Below, one piece after another: positions 1 through 11,700 of a stretch of 64,000 bases of DNA. Where the stretch lies: assembly GCF_963921235.1 (NCBI RefSeq), contig NC_086100.1:167090001-167154000 (forward strand), given 5' to 3'. The DNA is from Mobula hypostoma. Its lineage: Eukaryota. The position numbers were made by a program, and so were the translations under genes. How positions within the stretch are numbered: the stretch's first letter is position 1; each line of letters starts with the position of its first letter. The notes beneath the pieces were generated by a model. That model worked only from the letters and a program-made list of their open reading frames with translations. It was not told where the DNA came from and did no database searches.

Positions 1-479
1 CTAACATCCAAATAACTTAACATCATTAATAAGATGGAAAATAATGAAGAAAAAGCAGTTACTCAGGAACAACAGGTATGCAGCAGAATAAAGGGTACTG
101 GAGATAGGAGCACAAGAGGAAAGGGAGCAAAAATGAATGTTAACAAGAAAGTCCATTTTACGTTCAGAATTCCATTCTGGATTGTTTCTACAAAATCTAC
201 TGAAACAGTCAAAAGGTATGAAATATGGAACCAACTGGAATCTCCATGATGATACTGAGATGGGCACATCTAATAGTTACACCTTCAACAGCTAATGGTT
301 AACTTTCTTCTATGCATTTATAGGAATGCTTTAATTAAGACTTGCACTCTAAGTTACTGAACTCATGCAAGTTAGCCGCAAAGATCATCAAATAGTAAAA
401 CAACCCGTAGGACAGTTTTAAAGCAACAAAGTAGAGAAAATATGAAGAGATATCAACTCACAGTCACACTTAACACCTG

Positions 480-2053
480 TATTTTCTGAAATGCAATAAA
501 AACAAAAATCTGTGATATGTTAATTCACGTGAACCTTTACTTAACTGACAAAAGTACAAAGATAAGATTTTCAATAGTTTTACTGACCAACTTAATTGTA
601 TTTTGTAAATATACACAAATTTAGAATTTGATGGCTGCAACACACTTAACAAAAGTTGGGACAGAGTTAAAATAAGATTGAAAAGTGCACAGAATATTCA
701 AGTAACACCAGTTTGGAAGACTCCACATTAAGCAGGCTAATTGGAAGCAGGTGAGGTATCATGACTGGGTATAAAAGTAGCATCCATCAAAGGCTCAGTC
801 TTTGCAAGCAAGAATGGGTCGTGGCTCACCCCTTTGTGCCAAAATTCATGAGAATTGTTAGTTCAAAAGGAACATTTCTCAATGCAAGATTGCAGAGAAT
901 TTAGGTCTTTCAACATCTACAGTACATAATATTGTGAAAAGATTCAGAGAATTCAGAGACATCTCAGTGCGTAAAGGGCAAGGTCGGAAACCACTGTTGA
1001 ATGCGCGTGATCTTCGAGCCCTCAAGCGGCACTGCCTAAGAAACCGTCATGCTACTGTGACAACTATAGCCACCTGGGCTCGGGAGTACCTCGGAAAACC
1101 ATTGTCACTCAACACAGTCCGTCGCTGCATACAGAAATGTAACTTGAAACTGTATTACGCAAGGAGGAAGCCATACATCAACTCTATGCAGAAACGCCGG
1201 TCGCCATGAGTTCTCTGGGCCCGAGCTCATCTCAGATGGACCGAAAGACTGTGGAACCGTGTGCTGTGGTCAGATGAGTCCACATTTCAGCTAGTTTTCG
1301 GAAAAAACGGGCGTCGAGTTCTCTGTGCCAAAGATGAAAACGACCATCCAGATTGTTATCAGCGAAAGGAGCAAAAGCCAGCATCTGTGATGGCATGGGG
1401 TGCATCAGTGCCCACGGCATGGGTGAGTTGCATGTATGTGAAGGTACCATTGACTCTGAGGCGTATATTAGGATTTTAGAGACATATGTTGCCATCAAGG
1501 CGACGTTTCTTCCCGGGACATCCATGCTTATTTCAGCAGGACAATGCCAGACCACATTCTGCACGGGCTACAACAGCGTGGCTTTGTAGACACAGAGTGC
1601 GTGTGCTTGACTGGCCTGTTGCCAGTCCAGATCTATCTCCTATTGAAAATGTATGGCACATCATGAAGAGGAGAATCAGACAACAGAGACCACGGACTGT
1701 TGAGCAGCTGAAGTCTTATATCAAGCAAGAATGGACAAAATTTCCAATTGCATATCTACTACAATTAGTATCCTCAGTTCCAAAACGATTAAAAAGTGTT
1801 ATTAAAAGGAAAGATGATGTAACACAATGGTAAACATGCCTCTGTCCCAACTTTTGTTGAGTGTGTTGCAGCCATCAAATTCTAAATTTGTGTATGTTTA
1901 CAAAATACAATTAAGTTGGTCAGTAAAACTATTGAAAATCTTTTCTTTGTACTTTTGTCAGTTAAATAAAGGTTCACGTGAATTAACATATCACAGATTT
2001 TTGTTTTTATTGCATTTTGGAAAATATCCCAACTTTTCTGGAAACGGGGTTTG
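480..2053 (+). mobile_element. Tc1/mariner (DD34E) DNA transposon with long inverted repeats, frameshifted transposase
   Basis: Inverted repeats at 480-666 and 1840-2053. The right end is GGAAACGGGGTTTG followed by TA; the left copy lacks the outer ~30 bp. Transposase remnants run from ATG 814 to stop 1833 and include WSDES and FQQDNARPH-x-SPDLSPIENVW (34 residues between D and E). Confidence 0.93.
814..1833 (+). pseudogene. Tc1 transposase pseudogene (several frameshifts)
   Basis: ORF pieces 934-1209 (GRKP HTH region), 1261-1479 (WSDESTFQL), 1353-1589 and 1486-1833 (QQDNARPH, SPDLSPIENVW) lie in different frames. Confidence 0.9.
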
Positions 2054-2290
2054 TATATCCGTAATAGACTGCTACTTCCTTCATAGCAAGTTCTTAAATT
2101 CTGATAAAATGACCAGAAAAGATAAGAAATGGAATTTTTGGGAGAACAAATTATTTTATAATATAATAAAAAATTAATGCAAAAAATAACAGTTAAGGCC
2201 TATTTAATAAATCCAATCTGCTATTATTATCATCATTATGATAGTAACTTAGAAACAGATTTACAGATTAAGGAAAATTTATGCTTTTAC

Positions 2291-2325
2291 CTAGGCAACT
2301 GTTTGTAAAGGTATCTCTTCAAGTC
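2291..2325 (-). CDS. LAMTOR3: LAMTOR3 exon 3 (35 nt, DLKRYLYKQLP-S)
   Basis: ttttttacag|GACTTGAAGAGATACCTTTACAAACAGTTGCCTAG|gtaaaa. Confidence 0.92.
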
Positions 2326-4262
2326 CTGTAAAAAAGAAAACCACAATTATTTTGGTTTGTTTACAATACAAGTATACAGCAATTTTTCAAAATGAAACAA
2401 TAATTCAAGTTTAAATTTTAGAATGCTCAAGTGTTAGAAGAACCACCAAAGACCTTACTTCTTATATACAGTAAATGGTTAGCTTACAGTTAATTACCTG
2501 CAGTCACTATGCAAAACCAGTTTTTAAAACTTGCAATCACGACAGCATATTCTTTATGCATTAACATCAACAACCTAGAGCTTTAAGTTTAAAGGTATAG
2601 CTTGTATTTTAGAAAAATTAGTGGGGAGGGAAATGATGGATGAAATCTGTGATTCTGACCCGCTTCCTTGTAAGTAAAGGAGATTTTAAAAAACACTGCA
2701 TAACCATGTGAAACCTCTGCTATCTTTTGTTTGCGATTCAGTTGCTACCACTGTTTTGGCTAACAGCTGCATTCATTCTTCTCTCACTTTGCACATGTTG
2801 TCACACTGGAAGTGGTTTGATTTAGGAGGGAACTGACCCAGGAAGGGATTTGCACACAATTTTTAAAACTGGAGACATGGGGCTCAATGAACAGGTGAAC
2901 AAGGCTGAATAAACAGTGCAGAGGGGCAGGAACAGCAGAACTTTAGTTAACCTAATCTACCCACTCACGGGTGGAAGTGCATCTCCTGCTACACACCATG
3001 ATACAGAAGCCGTTTCTCAGCGTTCTCTGATTGTAAGACGTGATTTGCTAATTTCAATGGACCACATATTTGAAAGGCACCATAGTGCAGTTGTGGTTTT
3101 ATTACAGGTTTTACACCAGCAACTAAAAATGTTGTTTCATTCCCTTCACTGTGACGATTAGAAAGATAAGCATGAAAACTCCAAACAATAGCATATACAA
3201 AGGTATGACCACGCTAAGACCCACAGCTTGAGAAGGATGGAGTTAACTGGAACAAGCAAAGCATCAGGTCCAATCTACCCAATGTTTAACTGAATGAAAT
3301 TACGACTGATTGAAGAGGGAATGCAAAATAAGCAGAAAGAGAGCGAGAAGGAATAAATCAATAACTTTCAGGTATGGCACAAAACAATTAAATCTTATCC
3401 CAAAGGTATTTTGTTTACACACTGCATGCATCACCAAAGAAATTTAAAGTTAAGCCTAACAGTGAAACTAGCTATCATTATCATAAAATAAATCAATAAA
3501 ATTATTCAAATTCTGGATTTGAATAAGAAATTAAAACTGTATGCTTTGCAAATGTACTTCACAAATGTCACACAAAAATATATCAAATTCTGTCTACTTC
3601 TAACGGCTAAATAGATTACAGCGCTGGGAACGATAACTGCCCCCTTCCCTTCACAATTCCCCATTCACATTTCCCTCTCTCACCTCATCTCCTTACCTGC
3701 CCATCACCTCCCTCTGGTGTTCCTCCTCCTTCCCTTTGTCCTTCTGGCCTTCGGTCCTCTCCTATCAGATTCCCCTGTCTCCAGGCCCTTGTCTCTTTCA
3801 CCAATCAAATTCTCAGTTCTTTACTGCCCCTTTCCCAGTTGCACCTATCACGTACTACCTTGTATTTCTTCCCCCACCCCACCTTCTTACTCTGACTTCT
3901 CATCATTTTTCCTCCAGTCCTGATGAAGGGTCTCGGCCTGGAAAGTTGACTGTTTACTCTTTAACATAAATGCTGCCTAGCCTGCTAAATTCCTCTAGCA
4001 TTTTGTGTGTTGCTTGGATTTCTAGCAACTGCAAATTTTCTCGTTTGTGACAATGACTGTTTCGTTCAGGTTCCATATAAAAGTGCAGTAAATGTACATC
4101 AGAGAATAGGTGAAGTCTTTGTTTGCATGAAAGTGCTAAGTAAAAGCATTATTATATATAACCTATATTATATATAAAATATATTATCATACATTTTAAC
4201 TAACAATAAATTCAGGCAACTTTCTCTTAGCAATTTATTAAAATTTTACTTACATCTGCCAT
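2291..4262 (-). CDS. LAMTOR3: LAMTOR3 (MP1, Ragulator subunit), N-terminal coding exons; gene continues left of the window
   Basis: Exon 2 CDS 4262-4254 (ATG GCA GAT|gtaagt) joined to exon 3 2325-2291 gives MADDLKRYLYKQLP(S), matching the LAMTOR3 N-terminus MADDLKRFLYKKLPS. Splice sites are canonical and synteny with DNAJB14/H2AZ1 fits. Confidence 0.9.
3640..4050 (+). mobile_element. Older Penelope-like 3' fragment with degenerate hammerhead motif
   Basis: Pyrimidine-rich body, then AGTCCTGATGAAGGGTCTCGGCCTGGAAAGTTGACT (~3916-3951) and the shared tail ...tgtgtgttgcttggatttctagca. Confidence 0.7.
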
Positions 4263-4289
4263 CTTTTCTCACACAAAGTAAACTCAATT
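4254..4289 (-). CDS. LAMTOR3: LAMTOR3 exon 2 (5'UTR plus MAD; CDS 4262-4254)
   Basis: tttgtttcag|AATTGAG...GAAAAGATGGCAGAT|gtaagt. Confidence 0.85.
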
Positions 4290-4470
4290 CTGAAACAAAA
4301 AAGAGCATTTCCTATATTTCTTTCTTGCAATTACATAACCTATGTTCACTCATCAACTAATCAATAAGCACAGAAACAAAGAGTGCAAGAACTTAACTTC
4401 AAAGAAACAATATTCTGATGATGTGTTCAGCAATGAAAGCAAGTTTGAAAAAACAGAATAGTTTACTTGT

Positions 4471-4957
4471 AACACACATTAAAGTTGCTGGTGAATGCAG
4501 CAGGCCAGGCAGCATCTCTAAGAAGAGGTGCAGTCGACGTTTCAGGCCGAGACCCTTCATCAGGATTAACTGAAGGAAGAGTTAGTAAGAGATTTGAAAG
4601 TGGGAGGGGGAGGGGGAGATCCAAAATGATAGGAGAAGACAGAAGGGGGAGGGATGGAGCCAAGAGCTGGCCTGAAACGTCGCCTGTACCTCTTCCTACC
4701 AGCCCTTGGCTCCATCCCTCCCCCTCCTGTCTTCTCCTGTCATTTTGGATCTCCCCCTCCCCCTCCCACTTTCAAATTTCTCACTAACTCTTCCTTCAGT
4801 TAGTCCTGACAAACAACAGGAATTCGGGTCTCGGCCTGAAACGTCGACTGCACCTCTTCCTAGAGATGCTGCCTGGCCTGCTGCGTTCACCAGCAACTTT
4901 AATGTGTGTTGCCTGAATTTCCAGCATCTGCAGAATTCCTGTTGTTTGCGTTTTTAA
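4471..4957. mobile_element. Palindromic Penelope-like insertion A
   Basis: Inverted arms ~4471-4670 and ~4700-4950; near-perfect TSD AATAGTTT(T)ACTTGT at 4457-4470 and 4958-4972. Confidence 0.85.
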
Positions 4958-5715
4958 AATAGTTTTACTTGTGATTTGTTGCCTGTGCCTTGCAAACATC
5001 TCACTACACGATCACTTGTAGATGTGCTCCTTCAGTTCCAATTTCAGCCACCTTATTTCCCAAAGCCCTAGAAATTTTCCTGCCCTCCCAAACTTCTCCT
5101 TTTAGATGTTCTGAATAAATGCCTACTAGAAAAAAATACAGAAAGAGCCTAACCATCTTAGTGTCAAATTTTATTTGTTAACACCTTCTACAGAAGTGCC
5201 TTAAAATCATATTATAGGTGCTACGCAAGTGCAAGTTGCCATAGTATCACAAATGGGACATATATTTTCTTTCTTGTTCCTGCTATCTCCCATATTAGGG
5301 TGGTTTTATGCCAATGGCTAAAGTTTGCTGCAAAAGGTTCAGGATTATCCCATCTCAGTTCGCTTGTCCTCTCATTCATCTACCTTACTGAAGTGCTGGG
5401 ATAGGTTAATCCTAGCACAGCTTCTTTCAAATTTCTCCTGTGGTGAATCTGTGGAATCCATTGCCACTGATGGCTATGGAGGCCAAGTCATTGGGTATAT
5501 TTGAACTGGAGTTAGATACTGTAGGCTCTTGATTACTTAGGGTGTCAAAGGTTACAGGGAGAATGCAGGAAATTGGGGTTCAGAGGGATAGTCTTGATAG
5601 AATGGCAAAGGAGACTTGGTGAGCCAATTGGCCTAACTCTGATCCTGTCTTATGTGCACTACTGCTAATTTAAAAATAATGCACAAAATGTATTAATTGA
5701 AGACATTTGAGTATG

Positions 5716-5767
5716 GTGACACAGTGGCATAGTGGTTAGCACAGTGCAGCACCAGCAACCCAGGTTC
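5716..5767 (+). mobile_element. tRNA-derived SINE head interrupted by L1
   Basis: A-box-like TGGCATAGTGG, then CCAGGTTC immediately followed by the L1 tail; a possible continuation ATTCCT appears at ~9200. Confidence 0.45.
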
Positions 5768-8700
5768 TTTCTTTCTTTTCTTTTTAAATCTTTTTATTGA
5801 ATTAGTACACAAAGAGTAAAACATATAGCAACCAATACATTGTTAGGATATAAATATACAAGTAATATTAATACAAAAAAATGCAAACAACGTAAGTTAT
5901 AGAATAACAAGGTAATATAATTGTATACTAATTTTCCATACATACCAGTAGAACGAGAAAAAAAACCTACCGTGCAACTAACCTAACAAATCAAAGCAAT
6001 AGGCTAACTAGGTAAATAGTAGACGTGAACAAATTAAACAATCACGTCCTCAAACCCAACCTCCGCTAATAACAGATAAAATCCATGAAGGGAATGTATG
6101 TATGGTCAGAGAGAAAAAAAAGTTACATTAAATGAAAATATTGAATAAATGATCTCCAGGTCTGTTCAAATTTAACTGAAGTCTCATAAAGATTACTTCC
6201 GATTTTTTCCAAATTTAGACATAATATCGTTTGAGAGAACCAAAAAAACGTAGTTGGGGCATTAATCTCCTTCCAATGTTGTAGAATACATCTTTTCGCC
6301 ATTAAAGTAACATAGAAACACAGAAAATAGGTGCAGGAGTAGGCCATTCGGCCCTTTGAGCCTGCACCAGCATTCAGTATGATCATGGCTGATCATCCAA
6401 CTCAGAACCCCGCCCCAGCCTTCCCTCCATACCCCCTGATCCCTGTAGCCACAAGGGCCATATCTAACTCCCTCTTAAATATAGCCAATGAACTGGCCTC
6501 AACTGTTTCCTGTGGCAGAGAATTCCACAGATTCACCACTCTCCGTGTGAAGAAGTTTTTCCTAATCTCGGTCCTAAAAGGCTTCCCCTTTATCCTCGAA
6601 CTGTGACCCCTCATTCTGGACTTCCCCAACATCGGGAACAATCTTCCTGCATCTAGCCTGTCCAATCCCTTTAGGATTTTATACGTTTCAATAAAATCCC
6701 CCCTCAATCTTCTAAATTCCAACGAGTATAAGCCTAGTCGATCCAGTCTTTCATCATATGAAAGTCCTGCCATCCCAGGAATCAATCTGATGAACCTTCT
6801 TTGTACTCCCTCTATGGCAAGGATGTCTTTCCTCAGATTAGGGGACCAAAACTGCACACAATACTCCAGGTGTGGTCTCACCAAGGCCTTGTACAACTGA
6901 AGTAGTAACCTCCTTGCTCCTGTTCTCGAATCCTCTTGCTATAAATGCCAGCACACCATTCACTTTTTTCACCGCCTACAGTACCTGCATGCCCACTTTC
7001 AATGACTGGTGTATAATGACACCCAGTTCTCGTTGCACCTCCCCTTTTCCTAATCGGCCACCATTCAGATAATAATCTGTTTTCTTGTTTTTGCCACCAA
7101 AGTGGATAACCTCACATTTATCCACATTGCAATGCAATCATTCTACGCACTGAGGGGGGTAAATTACTAGAAGTTTTAGGTAATCCAAAAATAGCAGTAA
7201 TAGGATGGGGAGAAATATCACTATTCAAAACCTTTGAGATAATATTAAAAATGTCTTTCCAAAAAGTTTCCAGAGTAGGACAAGACCAAAACATGTGGGT
7301 CAAGGAAGCTATCTCCCCATGACATCTATCGCAAAGAGAGTTAATATGAGAATAAAAACGAGCTAATTTACCTTTAGACATGTGTGCTCTATGGACAACT
7401 TTAAATTGAATTAAGGAGTGTTTGGAACAGAAAGAGGAAGTATTAACAAGTTGTAAAATATAGGCCCAGTCCTCAGCTGGGATAGTAAGACCCAATTCCT
7501 TTTCCCAGTCAGTCCTAATCTTGTCGAATGCAGCTTCCCTAAATTTCATGATGGTATTATAAATAGTAGCCGTTACACCTTTCTGACAGGGGTTGAGGTT
7601 GATGATAGCATCTAAAATATTTGTAGGGGTTAATGCCGGAAAGGAAGAAAGTATGGTATTTAGGAAATTCCTAACTTGCAAATATCTAAAAAAAATGTGT
7701 TCTTGGTAAATTGTATTTGTTAGATAACTGTTCAAAAGATATAAGGGAGCCATCTGAAAATAAGTCCGAAAACCGTGATATACCGTTAGTCTTCCAAATT
7801 TGAAAGGCACGGTCCGTAGAGGAGGGGAGAAAAAATATATTGCCAATAATAGGAATCGCTAGCACGAATTGATTAAGATCGAAAAATTTTCGGAATTGAA
7901 ACCAGATACGTAAGGTATGTTTAACTATCGGGTTGCAAACCTGCTTATAGCGTTTCAAATCCGAAGGAAGAGAAGATCCTAATGTAGAGCCAAGTGCATA
8001 GCCTGGAACAGAATGTAATTCCAATATTACCCATTTAGGGATGGGTAGTGTATCTTGGTCAAGTAGCCAAAATTTCATGTGACGAATATTAATTGCCCAG
8101 TAATAAAATCTAAAGTTAGGTAATGCCAAGCCTCCATCTCTCTTAACTTTCTGTAGATGTATTCTACCCAACCTCGGGTTTTTATTTTGCCAAATAAATG
8201 AAGAGATTTCAGAGTCTACTTTATCAAAAAAGGATTTTGGAACAAAAATCGGTAATGCCAGAAATATATATAAAAATTCTGGCAGAATAAACATCTTAAC
8301 AGCATTAATACAACCAGTCAAAGTTAAATAAAGTGGAGACCATTTAAAGGAAAGTTGTGTAATATGGTCAATTAAGGGTAAGTAATTAGTCTTAAATAAA
8401 TCCTTATGTTTACAGGTAATCTTAATCCCAAGATATGAAAAATGATTATTAACCAATCTAAACAGCAGGTTCTGATATAAGGGAACTTGCTTATTAATAG
8501 GGAAAAGTTCACTCTTATTAAGATTTAATTTGTATCCTGAAAAAAGGCTAAATTTTGCTAATAAATCTAAAGCTGCTGGGATAGATTTTTGAGGATTAGA
8601 AATACATAAGATTAAGTCATCAGCATAAAGTGATACTTTATGAGACTTTAACACACGAGTTATACCAATAATGTGAGGAGATTCTCAAACAGCAATTGCA

Positions 8701-9195
8701 AGTGGTTCTAATGCTATATCAAATAATAAAGGGCTAAGAGGACACCCTTGTCTGGTACCTCGAAAAAGAGGGAAAAAAGGTGAGTTTTGAGTATTAGTAC
8801 GAACTGAGGCCATAGGAGAGTAGTATAACAATTTGATCCAGGATACAAATTTCCGGCTGAAGTTAAACATTTCAGGCACCTTAAATAAGTAGGGCCATTT
8901 GACCCTGTCAAAGGCTTTTTCAGCGTCTAGGGAAATGACGCATTCAGGATCGTTTTGTGATGGGGTATAGACAATATTTAAAAGTGTACGAATATTATAA
9001 AAAGAGTAATGATTCTTAATAAAACCCGTTTGGTCTTCTGAAATAATATAAGGAAGCGCTTTTTCTAGTCTATTTGCTAATAATTTAGAAAAACTCTTAG
9101 AGTCAACATTTAACAAGGATGTTGGTCTATAAGATGCGCATTGAGCGGGGTCTTTATCCTTCTTTAATATTAAAGAGATCAATGCTCTATAAAAG
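5768..9195 (-). mobile_element. 5'-truncated L1-clade LINE (ORF2 RT plus C-terminal CCHC), disrupted and interrupted by CR1
   Basis: ORFs 8685-9209 (YRPTSLLNVD, SLDAEKAFDRV, RGTRQGCPLSPLLF), 7686-8654 (LYADD) and 7118-7846 (CDRC...HMFWSC), with the C-terminus resuming at 6123-6309. AATAAA and a (GAAA)n-like tail lie at ~5768-5797. Confidence 0.9.
6310..7129 (-). mobile_element. Young CR1 LINE 3' fragment inserted in L1
   Basis: ORF 6402-6896 ([18 protein letters not shown]...) is nearly identical to the C-terminus of the 44360-46501 ORF; (TTCTATGT)-type tail at 6310-6328. Confidence 0.92.
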
Positions 9196-9446
9196 GACAT
9201 ATTCCTCACTGTATCACAATAAATAAATAAATACTAGGTAAGTGAGGAATTAAGTATCATTCCATACACTTAATATACTGCTACAAGTTACCAATTACGA
9301 CAATTAGTTACACTTATATAAAGGAATTAATATGGTAAACATCCCAAAGCACTCAAGAAGATTGTTAAAAATACTAACCAACAGTTGACACTGAAATAAT
9401 CTGACTTGTGTAAAGCCTGGTCAAGCGGTTAGGGTTTAAAGCAGAA

Positions 9447-10343
9447 TGCAAACACGAGGAATTCTGCCGATGCTGGAAATTCAAACAATACACATCAAAG
9501 TTGCTGGTGAATGCAGCAGGCCAGGCAGCATCTCTAGGAAGAGGTACAGTCAACGTTTCGGGCCGAGACCCTTCGACAGGACTAACTGAAGGAAGAGCTA
9601 GTAAGAGATTTGAAAGTGGGAGGGGGAGATCCAAAATGATAGAAGACAGGAGGGGTAGGGATGGATCCAAGAGCTGGACAGGTGATTGGCAAAAAGGATA
9701 TGAGAGGATCATGGGACAGGAGGCCCAGGGAGAAGGAAAAGGGGGAGGGGGAAAAAAACCCAGAGGATGGGCAAGGGGTATAGTCAGAGGGAGGAAAAGG
9801 AGAGAGAGAGAAAGAATGTGTGTATATAAATAAATAACGGATGGGGTACGGGGGGAGGTGGGGCATTAGCGGAAGTTAATGTTCATGCCATCAGGTTGGA
9901 GGCTACCCAGATGGAATATAAGGTGTTGTTCCTCCAACCTGAGTGTGGCTTCATCTTTACAGTAGAGGAGGCTGCGGACAGACATATCAGAATGGGAATG
10001 GGACGTGGAATTACATTCTTTCTCTCACTCTCCTTTTTCTCCCTCTGACTATACCCCTTGCCCATCCTCTGGGTTCCCCCTCCCCCTTTCCTTCTCCCTG
10101 GGCCCCATGTCCCATGATCCTCTCATATCCCTTTTGCCAATCAACTGTCCAGCTCTTGGCTCCATCCCACCCCCTCCTGTCTTCTCCTATCATTTTGGAT
10201 CTCCCCCTCCCCCTTTCAAATCTCTAGCTCTTCCTTCAGTTAGTCCTAACGAAGGGTCTCGGCCCGAAACGTCGACTGTACCTCTTCCTAGAGATGCTGC
10301 CTGGCCTGCTGCATTCACCAGGAGCAACTTTGATGTGTGTTGA
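9447..10343. mobile_element. Palindromic Penelope-like insertion B
   Basis: Inverted arms join near 10012; TSD TTTAAAGCAGAA at 9435-9446 and 10344-10355; the left arm includes the end of the GIY-YIG coding region. Confidence 0.88.
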
Positions 10344-11489
10344 TTTAAAGCAGAAGTTTGGTGTTGAAATTCCAGAAGCCCTTAGTTTCTACTATTTTTG
10401 CCTGCAACTAAAATCTGAAAGTGCAATAGGCCATAACTAAGAATGCATAAAGCTGAGAGACTGTAAGGCTGGGTAAGTGGCTTAAGTCAAGATAGGAGAA
10501 CCAAATTGGAGATCAAATATTTATACTGTACTGGGAATTTCAGGGAGAGGAAATGGGTGAGTAAGCACAGGATTAACACGTGAACAGGACTTATCAAAGT
10601 TAGGACATTTTAGATAAGCTCAGAAGCTGGGAAATGCATAGGAAAAGTCAAGTCCAGGAGGAAATTAACCCCTTGTAATAAATACTAAAAAACATAGCTA
10701 AACCAAAGTATTAATGAGGGTTTGGAATCACCAATCACAAAATCTACCAACATATTCACAAAATCAATTATATCAAAAATTTGCATTTACATAGCACATA
10801 CTTTAATATCAGAAAAATGTGTCGCGCAAGGACTAAAACCGAGTGATCAAATAGGTGGTCATCAGATAGGTTAATGGAAGAATTTCTGCAGCCCCGGATC
10901 CAAATTACGTGGGGGGGGGGGGTGAAAGGAAAGTTAGCTCCAAAATTCAAATTAACTACAAACTTTGTAATAGTGACCTTGACGAGGAGGGGATTGTCCG
11001 GCATGAAAGGGGGAGGTGGGAAGGAGTCGGCGTGGATAAGATGTACTGGGTGGTGTCCAGTGGGATGGATGGGAGAGGGGAAAACAGAAATGAGCGAAAA
11101 TTCTGGAGGGGAGGTATCCTGGGGAGTTGTCCCGGGCTGAGTTTTTGCAGGAGGGTGTACTGGAGAGTGCCACTCAGAGGATGTTTCATAGGGTGGGGAA
11201 GGGAGCCCCGAGGGAAGAGGTGGAGAGAAGGGCTCTAGGTCCCACGGAAGAGGGTGGGCGTAGAGTTGATGGTCGTGGTCCCGGACATTGGGGCCGGAGC
11301 TGAGCGGATGCTCATGTGACTCCAGTCAGCTGATCATCGCCTGGGGTTACTGGAACATTCCAGGGAGTAGCCGGTTGTCTTCCACACCCCCCCCCCCCCA
11401 GCTCACACTGGGATGAAACTTCAGGGACGGAAAGTTGTCCCTGGCTCCGGCCGCTCGGGCCGTCTATCCCAGTCGGCTCTCCCGGTTAC

Positions 11490-11560
11490 CTGAGAGAGAT
11501 CCAAACGCCCGGACTCCACCCACCGATCTCTCACAGCGGAAGTGCTCGCCCACCCGGCCT
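11490..11560 (-). other. LAMTOR3: LAMTOR3 non-coding exon 1 (5' boundary approximate)
   Basis: Lies in a CpG-rich island with donor CTCTCAG|gtaacc at 11490/11489, directly downstream of the promoter motifs. Confidence 0.7.
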
Positions 11561-11700
11561 GTTCCTGTTCTCGGCACAGCATTGGCCAGGGGTCACGTGA
11601 TAGAGCGCGGCAAAACAGGCGTTAGGCGGGGCTTACTCCCGTGTCACGTGACGATACAGGACGATCCCTTACATCACGTGACGGAGGGTGCCTTCTGATG
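11537..11700 (-). promoter_or_regulatory. LAMTOR3 CpG-island promoter with three CLEAR-type E-boxes, CCAAT, GC box and ETS site
   Basis: GTCACGTGAT 11592-11601, GTCACGTGAC 11643-11652, ATCACGTGAC 11673-11682, ATTGG 11581-11585, GGCGGGG ~11625, CGGAAGTG 11537-11544. Confidence 0.8.

Noticed and set aside
230-295. TGTTGAAGG on the minus strand as possible LAMTOR3 exon 4 (VEG...)
   Set aside because: The downstream translation does not give LHAIVVSDRDGVPVIK and there is no proper acceptor; exon 4 must lie outside the window.
470-2177. Twin ORFs 470-652 (-) and 1827-2177 (+) with near-identical peptides
   Set aside because: Artefact of the Tc1 terminal inverted repeats.
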